Shown here piece by piece: positions 7,672-15,159 of a stretch of DNA of 64,000 bases. A program made the translations under genes and the position numbers. Positions within the stretch are counted from its first letter, which is position 1, and each line of letters begins with the position of its first letter. The notes below the pieces were generated by a model. It saw only the letters and a program-made list of their open reading frames with translations, was not told where the DNA came from and searched no databases. This stretch comes from an uncultured Acidobacteriota bacterium (lineage in GTDB: Bacteria; Acidobacteriota; Vicinamibacteria; Vicinamibacterales; 2-12-FULL-66-21), in contig CAVRXL010000012.1 in the NCBI GenBank assembly GCA_963725145.1, positions 1,714,141-1,778,140 of the forward strand. Direction: 5' to 3'.

Positions 7672-9057
7672 CTAGAGCCGGATGACCATCGGCTCCGACA
7701 CCGGAGTGCCGCGAGGATCCACTCGCGGGATATCCGTCAGCGCAGGTGACGATCCGAGCTCTCCGATCGCCCGCACCTTCATTTCGCTGCCGCGCACCTC
7801 GACAAGCAGGAAGTGGCACTTGTCGCTCCACGATCGCGTCCGGGCCTTGTCGAACTGGTCGGGTGTTTCCTTTCGAAGCTTCCCCGCCGCACCCGAAACG
7901 AAATAGTTGATTCCGTCTGCAATCGAGTGCTGGAAATTGTGCTCGTGCCCGCTGAACATCGCCCGTACGCCCGCACGTTGAAACAGCGGAAGGAGCGTGT
8001 GCATCGACTCGGTGTTGTGGTGTCTGGGGCCGGCGCTGTAGGGCGGGTGATGACAGAACGGAATCCGCCATGTCGAGCGCCCCGTGACCGCCGGAAAGGA
8101 GGCGTCGAGGAAATCTCGATGCTTCGGATGTTCGAACAGCCGGTCGGCGAACAGGTTCTCTTTCGAGGTGTCGATGCAGACGAACTCGATCGTGGAGCCG
8201 TACCGGAAGCGGTAGAACATTCCAGGCTCGAACGACGCCCGCCCGGCCGCTTCCTCGCCCGCTATCCGCTCTCGAACGTAGAGATTGTCCTCGACCTGCC
8301 CCCGGTCATCGTTGTCTTCGCTTTCGCCGGCGTCATGGTTGCCGATGGACGGATAGACGCAGACGCGGTTCAGCACGTAGCGGTATGGCTGAAAATACGT
8401 GAAGAACCAATCGTCATCATCCTCACCGGTCTCACCGACCGGGATGCCCAGGAACTTTTTCCCTGCATAGATATTGTCGCCTGTCGTCAGGATGAAGCGG
8501 ATGTCGTGCCCGTCGAGCGCGGCGAGCAGCGCGTTTCCGACCTGCTGCTGACGACGATCTTCCGACTCCCACTTCATTCCGACGCCGAAATCGCCGATGA
8601 CGGCGAAGGTCAGCGAGGAAGCCGGCGCCTCGGGATCCGGATGGGTGCGGAAGCGATTTACGTACTGGCCGCTTTTGACCAGGGCTTTCTTCGCAGGCGA
8701 CCAGTCCCATCGAACGCCCTCCGCCCACTCCTCGTCATTGACGATCACTCGGTACGAGTATTCGGCGTCGGGCTGCAATCCTGTCAGCCAGCAGTGGTTG
8801 GTGGTCTCGGTGAGCGCGACGGCGACCCTGGTGCCTTGCGCATCGTGCACTTCGACGCGTGCAGGGCCATATGGAGCGGATCGCGCGCCGATAGTGTCTT
8901 TACGCGGGGGGTGGATGTGCTTCAGATCGTCCGGGTCGACGAGCTTCATCTCGCCGCCGGTCTTGACTCTGAAATAGAAGGCACCCCACGCTACCAGGAC
9001 CGACTTGTGGCTGATCGCCGGCAGGTAGATGTAGGGCTCCGCGTGGAACTCAGGCAT
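7672..9057 (-). CDS. metallophosphoesterase (purple-acid-phosphatase-like)
   Basis: FAVIGDFG, TTGDNIY, PSIGNHD, FCHHPPYS and GHEHNFQH are the calcineurin-like phosphoesterase metal-binding motifs. They follow an N-terminal beta-rich domain. Confidence 0.8.
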   Translation of the reverse strand: MPEFHAEPYIYLPAISHKSVLVAWGAFYFRVKTGGEMKLVDPDDLKHIHPPRKDTIGARSAPYGPARVEVHDAQGTRVAVALTETTNHCWLTGLQPDAEYSYRVIVNDEEWAEGVRWDWSPAKKALVKSGQYVNRFRTHPDPEAPASSLTFAVIGDFGVGMKWESEDRRQQQVGNALLAALDGHDIRFILTTGDNIYAGKKFLGIPVGETGEDDDDWFFTYFQPYRYVLNRVCVYPSIGNHDAGESEDNDDRGQVEDNLYVRERIAGEEAAGRASFEPGMFYRFRYGSTIEFVCIDTSKENLFADRLFEHPKHRDFLDASFPAVTGRSTWRIPFCHHPPYSAGPRHHNTESMHTLLPLFQRAGVRAMFSGHEHNFQHSIADGINYFVSGAAGKLRKETPDQFDKARTRSWSDKCHFLLVEVRGSEMKVRAIGELGSSPALTDIPRVDPRGTPVSEPMVIRL

Positions 9058-9075
9058 CCTGGAGGAGCAGCATCG

Positions 9076-10671
9076 TCACGAATGCCAGCGCACTGAAACT
9101 CCCTCTTCAGGGCGATTGCTGCCAACCGTCGCGAGCATCCCGTTCGTCGACTCGAGTGAACTCGCCAAGGGAAGCTCCAGGTCCGGCATCGGACGCCCGG
9201 CGAACAGCCTCCGGCACGGGATGGCCATCAGCCGCGCCCATTGGGCGGATCGATTCACCCGCGCGCTGTCGGTCGCGATGCCCGTGTTCGCGTACATCTG
9301 GCGATAGATCTTCGAGATGAGCAGGAATGCGAGCCGGCCTTTGATCGACGTGACCGCGCCGCGCGACCGTTTCCAGATGCTCGGCATCGAGTAGAACCGG
9401 TCCCACACCGCCTGCGTGCGGCGGCGGATCTCGTCGCCGCTCATCACCGGATGGTCCATGTAGACCTTCGGACGGTTGGCCTGAGGAATGAGCCAGTGCC
9501 GCGACACGGGAATGCCGTTGATGCGGGGCGGGTCCGCACCGAGCGACTTCTCCCACGCGGAAAAATCGACCGTTCCGGGGAACGGCGTCAGCATGACGAA
9601 TTGCGCGAACGTCACGTCGGCGCGCTCGGCCACCGACAGCGTGGCGTCGAACGTCTCCGCGCGGTCGCTGGGCAGACCGAAAATGAAGGACCCGAGCACG
9701 TGGATGCCGTGCCGGCGAAACTCGCGTAGCCGCTCGACGAGCGACTCGCCGCTCTCGTTGAAGTTCTTGTGCACGTCCTTCAGGCCTTGAGGGGTGACCG
9801 CCTCAACGCCGACCAGCGCCCCTTTGATGTGGGCCCGCCGCATCGCCTCGAGAAACTCCGGGTCTTCGGCCGCCTCCATCGTAATCTGGGTAAAGAACAC
9901 GGTGTCGCCGGGAAGCCGCGCGAGCCCCTCCATCAGCGCGAAGCGCTCGGCGCGGGTCGACTTGAGCCGTTCCAGCTGACTCGGATCCTGCCGGCGCGCC
10001 GCCATCCGGAGATCCTCCAGGGTGACCGGATAGAAGTTGTCATCCGCGAGCGCGATGAACCGGAATCCGCGGCGTCGCAGATCGACGACTTCTTCGAGCA
10101 CGCGCTCGACGGTGCCCTGCCGCGGCCGCTGTCCGTCCGTTCTCCAGACGGAGCAGAACGAACAGTGCTTCGGACACCCGCGAACGGTCTGGACGGAGGC
10201 CCACATGTACCGTCCGGGAGGCAGCAGATCCCAACGGCCGGGTAGAAAGTCGTCACCCTCGGCCCGCCCGCCCTCATACCGTGTACGCGGGGTGTTCGAC
10301 GCGCAGTCGCGGAGCACCACCTGCCATACCTGTTCGCCGTCGCCCGTGACGACGGCGTGAGCGGCGCCGAGCCCGAGGGTTTCGTCCGGATAGAGCGTCG
10401 CGTGAATACCGCCAAATACGACGTACGCGCCGGCCGCACGCGCGGCGGTCCCGATTTCGTACCCGCGCAGCGCGTTGCCGGTGTGGATGCCGATGCCCAC
10501 CACATCTCCGGGTTTGATGGCGGCGACATCGAAAGGCTCCAACGTCTCGTCCACTAGTCTCGGCTCGCCATACTCCGGAGGAGTCGCCGAGGCCAGGACG
10601 TAGAGCCACCGGGGCGTAATCACCCCGATGCCGAACGAGACATGGCTGGGATTAATCAGGTAAACGGTCAT
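9076..10671 (-). CDS. B12-binding-domain radical SAM protein
   Basis: N-terminal B12-binding-like Rossmann segment (VVGIGIHTGNALRGYEIG...VVFGGIHATLYPDE), then RGCPKHCSFCSV (CxxxCxxC radical SAM cluster) and a long C-terminal extension. Confidence 0.85.
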   Translation of the reverse strand: MTVYLINPSHVSFGIGVITPRWLYVLASATPPEYGEPRLVDETLEPFDVAAIKPGDVVGIGIHTGNALRGYEIGTAARAAGAYVVFGGIHATLYPDETLGLGAAHAVVTGDGEQVWQVVLRDCASNTPRTRYEGGRAEGDDFLPGRWDLLPPGRYMWASVQTVRGCPKHCSFCSVWRTDGQRPRQGTVERVLEEVVDLRRRGFRFIALADDNFYPVTLEDLRMAARRQDPSQLERLKSTRAERFALMEGLARLPGDTVFFTQITMEAAEDPEFLEAMRRAHIKGALVGVEAVTPQGLKDVHKNFNESGESLVERLREFRRHGIHVLGSFIFGLPSDRAETFDATLSVAERADVTFAQFVMLTPFPGTVDFSAWEKSLGADPPRINGIPVSRHWLIPQANRPKVYMDHPVMSGDEIRRRTQAVWDRFYSMPSIWKRSRGAVTSIKGRLAFLLISKIYRQMYANTGIATDSARVNRSAQWARLMAIPCRRLFAGRPMPDLELPLASSLESTNGMLATVGSNRPEEGVSVRWHS

Positions 10672-10788
10672 CGCCGCTGCAGGATGCTCATGAGTCGGCT
10701 CTACTGTGCATGCTTACTTGCGCGCGCGCCGGCGGATTGCGAACCGGAACCTATCCGGAGGTAATGGCCGACGACGTCAGGGAAAAAC

Positions 10789-10865
10789 TGGTCGGGGCGA
10801 GTGGATTTGAACCACCGACCCCTCGGTCCCGAACCGAGTGCTCTACCAGGCTGAGCCACGCCCCG
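10789..10865 (-). tRNA. tRNA-Pro (anticodon CGG), CCA encoded
   Basis: Reverse strand reads CGGGGCGTGGCTCAGCCTGGTAGAGCACTCGGTTCGGGACCGAGGGGTCGGTGGTTCAAATCCACTCGCCCCGACCA. It has a 7-bp acceptor stem (CGGGGCG/CGCCCCG), anticodon stem CTCGG/CCGAG with loop TTCGGGA (anticodon CGG), and a T-arm GGTGG-TTCAAAT-CCACT. Confidence 0.9.
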
Positions 10866-10961
10866 ACACATGATCGCGGCCTGGAAACGGCCGCCTTCGA
10901 TTGGCAGAACCCGAGTATCTTACCCCAACCTGCGGCGAGGGCGGTAATCGGCGGGCACGCG

Positions 10962-11168
10962 TCAGCGTGCGGCTTGCGGGTCGTCTTCGAGCGCAAGGGC
11001 TGGCGTCGAACGCGAATCGCGGGCGGACGACACCAGCGCTGGCGTCTTGGGGGCAGCCTGCATGCCGCTGCCGTCGCACGTGAGGCAGCGCACGCGGCTG
11101 GATGACTCCTCACCCACCACGAAACCTGCGCCCTGGCATTCCGGACACGTCGTCACGGGTCCGAGCAT
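10962..11168 (-). CDS. small DnaJ-type zinc-ribbon protein (68 aa, two CxxCxGxG motifs)
   Basis: Internal ATG of ORF 10962-11432: MLGPVTTCPECQGAGFVVGEESSSRVRCLTCDGSGMQAAPK... Third-position G+C is high, as in neighbouring genes. It lies 86 nt downstream of the kinase stop on the same strand. The upstream part of the listed ORF is Arg/Pro-rich junk. Confidence 0.4.
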   Translation of the reverse strand: MLGPVTTCPECQGAGFVVGEESSSRVRCLTCDGSGMQAAPKTPALVSSARDSRSTPALALEDDPQAAR

Positions 11169-11254
11169 GGACCCATCCGCCCCGCCAGACAAATAGAATC
11201 TGCTGATGGAAATCAGCGAATTCGCAGATGGACTCGCCGCTGGCCGGAGGCGAA

Positions 11255-12994
11255 TCACGGCAGGCGCAGGATCTCCTTCACGCGCGTGCGCAGGAGCTCC
11301 GCGGTCGCCGGATCGCGAAACGTCGCGTTTGCGTTTCCCGGCACGATCATCGTGGACAGGCGACCTTCCAGCCGGGGAAAACGCGCGACGACGTCCCGGG
11401 TCCAGGCGGCATGGACCTCCGGCGGGCGCCACACCCGGCCGCGCGAATAGATGAGGAACTGCGCGCGCGGATTGCTCGCGGCCAGGTACGCCAGGAACCC
11501 CAGCAAGCGGTTCTGCGCGACCTCGAACAGGTGATCTTCCAGCGCCCGGTCTCCATTCGCCGGCCGAATGTCCAACAGGCAGGAGAGGTGGCTGACGACG
11601 AGATCCGGGTTTTGTTGACGGACCTGCTCCTCACGGTGCCAGACCGCGCTCGTGTTCTCTTTATGCGTCAGCACGCGCAATTCCCGCAGGGCATCGCTGA
11701 CATCGTCGGCGTTCGTGCCGCCCGCCGCCAGCGTGCGGGGGTCATAGACGCGGCCCGGCAACGTGGAGTCCATGAGCACGATGACGGGCGTCGGATTTGG
11801 AGGTGGAACCGCACCGCCCCGGTCCGGCCGGAACGACCACAACCCGACGCCGAGCGCGACGACCAGCGCGGCCCACGCGGCATGGACAAGCCAACGCGAA
11901 CCCGGGACGGCCGTCCCTTCGGCGCTCCCGTCCGAGATGGCCTTCAACGTGAGCCCGACATCGTGAGCGCTCTGCCACCGGTCGGCCGGGTCCTTGGCGA
12001 GGCAGTTCGTCACGAGCCGCTCGAGCGCGGGCGGCGTCAGCGGCTGCCGGGTCGTCACCGGCGGCGGGTCGTGCTCGAGGATCGCCGCAATCAGATCCGC
12101 CTGGGAATCGCCGGCGAAAGCCCTGGCGCCGGTGAGCATCTCGTACACGATCGTGCCGAAAGCGAACAGATCAGTGCGCGCGTCCGCGTCGTGACCCCGT
12201 ACCTGTTCCGGCGCCATGTAGGGCAGCGTGCCGATCAACAGTCCGTCCCTGGTGAGCGACTCGTCCAGGGCGCCTTCGGCCGGGGGTGGGCCACCGGCGG
12301 ATGAGGGCGCGCGCAGGCGCGCCAGGCCGAAGTCGAGCAGCTTTGCGCCGGACTTCGTGAGCATGATGTTGGAGGGCTTCAGGTCCCGGTGCACGATGCC
12401 CTGCGCATGCGCTCCCGCGAGCGCTCCGGCGATCTCCGCGGCGTATTTCAGCGCCTGCTGAACCGGCAACGGGCCGCGGGTGAGGCGGGTGGCGAGCGTC
12501 TCACCGTCCAGCAGCTCCATCACCAGAAACGGCAGGTCCTCGCCGTCGGCGGCCGCCGAGCCCACGTCGTGCAGCGTGCAGATGTGCGGGTGCGCGAGCT
12601 TCGAGATGACGCGCGCTTCGCGCTCGAAGCGCTCGCGGCCGCGCGGGTCGCTGACGAGATCGGGCGACAGAATCTTGATGGCGACGGTCCGATCGAGCCG
12701 CGTATCGCGAGCCCGGTACACCTCGCCCATCCCGCCCGTCCCGATGAGGCCCACGATCTCGAACGCGCCAAGCCTGGCGCCGCGCTTGAGCCGCGGTGTC
12801 TCGTGGCTGCTGGAACTCCTCTCCAGGAATCGATCGGCTTCGACATGGGCCGCGAGCAGGGATTCGACCTCCTTGCGCAGGAGGGAATCGTCGCCGGCCT
12901 GCTCGTGCACGAAGGCGGCGCGCTCGTCCGATGGCCGGTCGAGCGCGCGGTGAAAGATCGCGCGGACTTTTTCCCAGCTCGAGGGCGTGATCAT
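11255..12994 (-). CDS. Hanks-type Ser/Thr protein kinase with one TM helix and an unassigned ~190-aa C-terminal domain
   Basis: GTGGMGEVYRARD, AIKIL, HRDLKPSNIML, DFGLA and PYMAPEQ. TM helix WLVHAAWAALVVALGVGLWSF. The N-terminal WEKVRAIFHRALD...LLRKEVESLLAAH leader is typical of kinases partnered with ECF sigmas. Confidence 0.9.
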   Translation of the reverse strand: MITPSSWEKVRAIFHRALDRPSDERAAFVHEQAGDDSLLRKEVESLLAAHVEADRFLERSSSSHETPRLKRGARLGAFEIVGLIGTGGMGEVYRARDTRLDRTVAIKILSPDLVSDPRGRERFEREARVISKLAHPHICTLHDVGSAAADGEDLPFLVMELLDGETLATRLTRGPLPVQQALKYAAEIAGALAGAHAQGIVHRDLKPSNIMLTKSGAKLLDFGLARLRAPSSAGGPPPAEGALDESLTRDGLLIGTLPYMAPEQVRGHDADARTDLFAFGTIVYEMLTGARAFAGDSQADLIAAILEHDPPPVTTRQPLTPPALERLVTNCLAKDPADRWQSAHDVGLTLKAISDGSAEGTAVPGSRWLVHAAWAALVVALGVGLWSFRPDRGGAVPPPNPTPVIVLMDSTLPGRVYDPRTLAAGGTNADDVSDALRELRVLTHKENTSAVWHREEQVRQQNPDLVVSHLSCLLDIRPANGDRALEDHLFEVAQNRLLGFLAYLAASNPRAQFLIYSRGRVWRPPEVHAAWTRDVVARFPRLEGRLSTMIVPGNANATFRDPATAELLRTRVKEILRLP

Positions 12995-13566
12995 TCCGCC
13001 CGGCCTCGCAGCTCCCGGAACAGCCAGGCCCTGGCGAGCGCCCAGTCGTTCTTCACCGTCGCGGGTGAAACGGAGAGGACGGTCGCGGTCTCCTCGATGG
13101 TCAGCCCGCCGAAGAACCTGAGCTCGACGAGCTGACTCTGACGCTCGTCGACCTGAGAGAGTCGGTCGAGGGCGGCATCGAGGGCGAGCAGATCTACATC
13201 GCGCGGCTCGGCTGCGGCGTCGACGTCCTGCAGCGGCACGCGAGCGTCCGCCCCGCGCTTGGCCGCCTGGTGCGCACGCGCGTGATCGACCAGGACGCGG
13301 CGCATGAGGTGCGCCGCGATCGCGAAGAAGTGGACGCGGTTCTCCCAGTGGACCTTGCGCTGGTCGACCAGCTTGAGATACGCCTCATGGACGAGGGCCG
13401 TTGGCGAGAGCGAATGATCGAGACGCTCCCGTCGAAGGTGGGCACGGGCGAGACGGCGGAGCTCGCTGTAGACCGCGTCAATCAGGCGACTGCGCGCTGC
13501 TTCCTCACCCTTGCCCCAGGCGACCAGCAGCCCGGTGACGTCGAGCGGTGAGGCCGCGCGATTCAT
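12991..13566 (-). CDS. ECF-type RNA polymerase sigma factor (TIGR02999-like, kinase-associated type)
   Basis: Internal ATG at 13566: MNRAASPLDVTGLLVAWGKGEEAARSRLIDAVYSELRRLARAHLRRERLDHSLSPTALVHEAYLKL..., with region 4 ELRFFGGLTIEETATVLSVSPATVKNDWALARAWL. ATGA overlaps occur at both ends, with GH20 upstream and the kinase downstream. Confidence 0.85.
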   Translation of the reverse strand: MNRAASPLDVTGLLVAWGKGEEAARSRLIDAVYSELRRLARAHLRRERLDHSLSPTALVHEAYLKLVDQRKVHWENRVHFFAIAAHLMRRVLVDHARAHQAAKRGADARVPLQDVDAAAEPRDVDLLALDAALDRLSQVDERQSQLVELRFFGGLTIEETATVLSVSPATVKNDWALARAWLFRELRGRAE

Positions 13567-15114
13567 TGCCACGGGACGGCAGGAGACCGATAGAAGTTTA
13601 CGCCGAGCGCCGTCCAGCGGGGCCCCTGCGCGCCCAGCCGCCGCCTGAACTCTCCCCACGCACGGCTGTCGGCCGCCGACCATCCCACCTCGGCGATCGT
13701 GGCGAGCCGCGGAAACGCCATGAACTCGACGTCCCTGATATCCGCCAGCGTCTCCGACCAGAGCGGCGCCTCCACGCCGACGATCGCCGATTCCGGCACG
13801 TCACGCGAGACACGCGCGGGATCCCAGGTGTACGCATCGTCGACGTCGATGTACGCCGCCCAGGTCAGACCGAGCACGGTCTCGGGGTGGTACTTCATGT
13901 CGAGGTACGCCTTGTTCGCCGGCGACATGATGATCTTTGCGCCTTGCTTGACGGCGGGGGCAAGCGATCCGTCGGGCCGCCAATGTTGGACGATCGACCC
14001 GGGCGCCAGACGGGCAGGGGCGATCTCGTCCCAGCCGATCATCTGTTTACCGTGGGCTTGCACTATCGTCTGGATGCGCTCGATGAACTTCACGTACTGC
14101 GCCGGGCTCAGGGTCTTGACCTCGTCGCCGCCGACGTGAAAGTACGGGCCGGGCGTGACGGCGGCGATTTCGCGGACGACGTCGTCGATGAACTTGTACG
14201 TGATCTCTTTGTCGACGCAGAACGCGCTGAAGCCGACCTCGATGCCCGTGTACAGCGCGGGCGCGACGCCGTTGCAATTCAGCTGGGCGTACGACGCGAG
14301 CGCCGCGTTCGTGTGTCCCGGCATGTCGATTTCCGGGACGATGACGATGAAGCGCTGCTGCGCGTACGACACGAGATCGGAGGTACTGCTGCTGGGTGTA
14401 GTAGCCGCCGGGGCCGCCGCCAACTTCCGTGCTGCCTCCATATGTCGCCAGGTTCGGCCAGGACGGGATCTCGATGCGCCAGCCCTGGTCGTCCGCCAGG
14501 TGCAGATGCAGGCGGTTCAGCTTGTACAGCGACATCAGGTCGATGTAGCGCTTCACTTCGTCGACGGAAAAGAAGTGGCGCGACACGTCGAGCATCGCGC
14601 CGCGCCACGCGAACCGCGGATGGTCCGCGATGCGGGTGGCCGCGGCACGCAGAACCCGCGCGCTCTCCGGCCGCACGGCGCCGTAGTCGAGGAAGGGCGG
14701 CAAGAGCTGGCGCAACGTCTGGACGCCATAGAAAAGCCCGGCCGGTTGATTCGCCGCGATCGTCACCCCTTCCGGCGCAACGGTCAGCTCGTACGCCTCC
14801 TCCCCTCCCTGCGCGAGCTTTTCGAGACGCAGACGGATGGCGCCAGGCGCGGCCGGCTCCCCCGCCGCGGTTTCCACCTTCAGCGGGTCCGGGCCTGCTG
14901 CCACGCCGATCAGGTCGGCGACGTACCGGCCGATCCAGCCGACGCGCTCGTCGCCCGATGGGACGAGGATCTTCGTGTTTGCGGTGATGATGAATTCGGC
15001 GCCCCCGCGTCCCTCGACCGAACGCGGCATCGGAATGAGCGTACGGGACGGAGGTGCGGCGCAGGCGGCCAACGACACGACGGCGGTGAAAACGACGGCA
15101 GCATGGCGGGGCAT
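13563..15114 (-). pseudogene. beta-N-acetylhexosaminidase (GH20) lipoprotein, reading frame broken once as sequenced
   Basis: ORF 14047-15114 carries the lipobox SLAAC, the GH20b domain and RFAWRGAMLDVSRHFF...LHLHLADDQGWRIEI...GGYYTQQQY. ORF 13563-14441 continues in another frame with DLVSYAQQRFIVIVPEIDMPGHT...GGDEV. Removing one C from the run at 14379-14385 (TACCTCC on the coding strand) restores YYTQQQYSDLVSYA. Confidence 0.85.
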
Positions 15115-15159
15115 CCGCGAAGGATAGCAGAGTGGATCGGGGGCAGCTAAAGGGCTGCG

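Noticed and set aside
7650-10865. tRNA-Pro as an integration hotspot marking a genomic island
   Set aside because: There is no integrase, no recognisable direct repeat of the tRNA 3' end downstream, and no compositional shift in the rSAM and phosphoesterase genes.
10866-10961. Promoter for tRNA-Pro (TTACCG ... TAAGAT on the minus strand)
   Set aside because: The spacer is about 19 nt and the -35 match is poor, so I could not support a confident call.
14379-14385. Programmed ribosomal frameshifting in GH20 (and in the other broken genes)
   Set aside because: No slippery heptamer or downstream pseudoknot pattern is shared among the sites. The breaks go in both +1 and -1 directions, and similar breaks hit about a dozen unrelated genes. 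Indel error or mutation is the simpler explanation.
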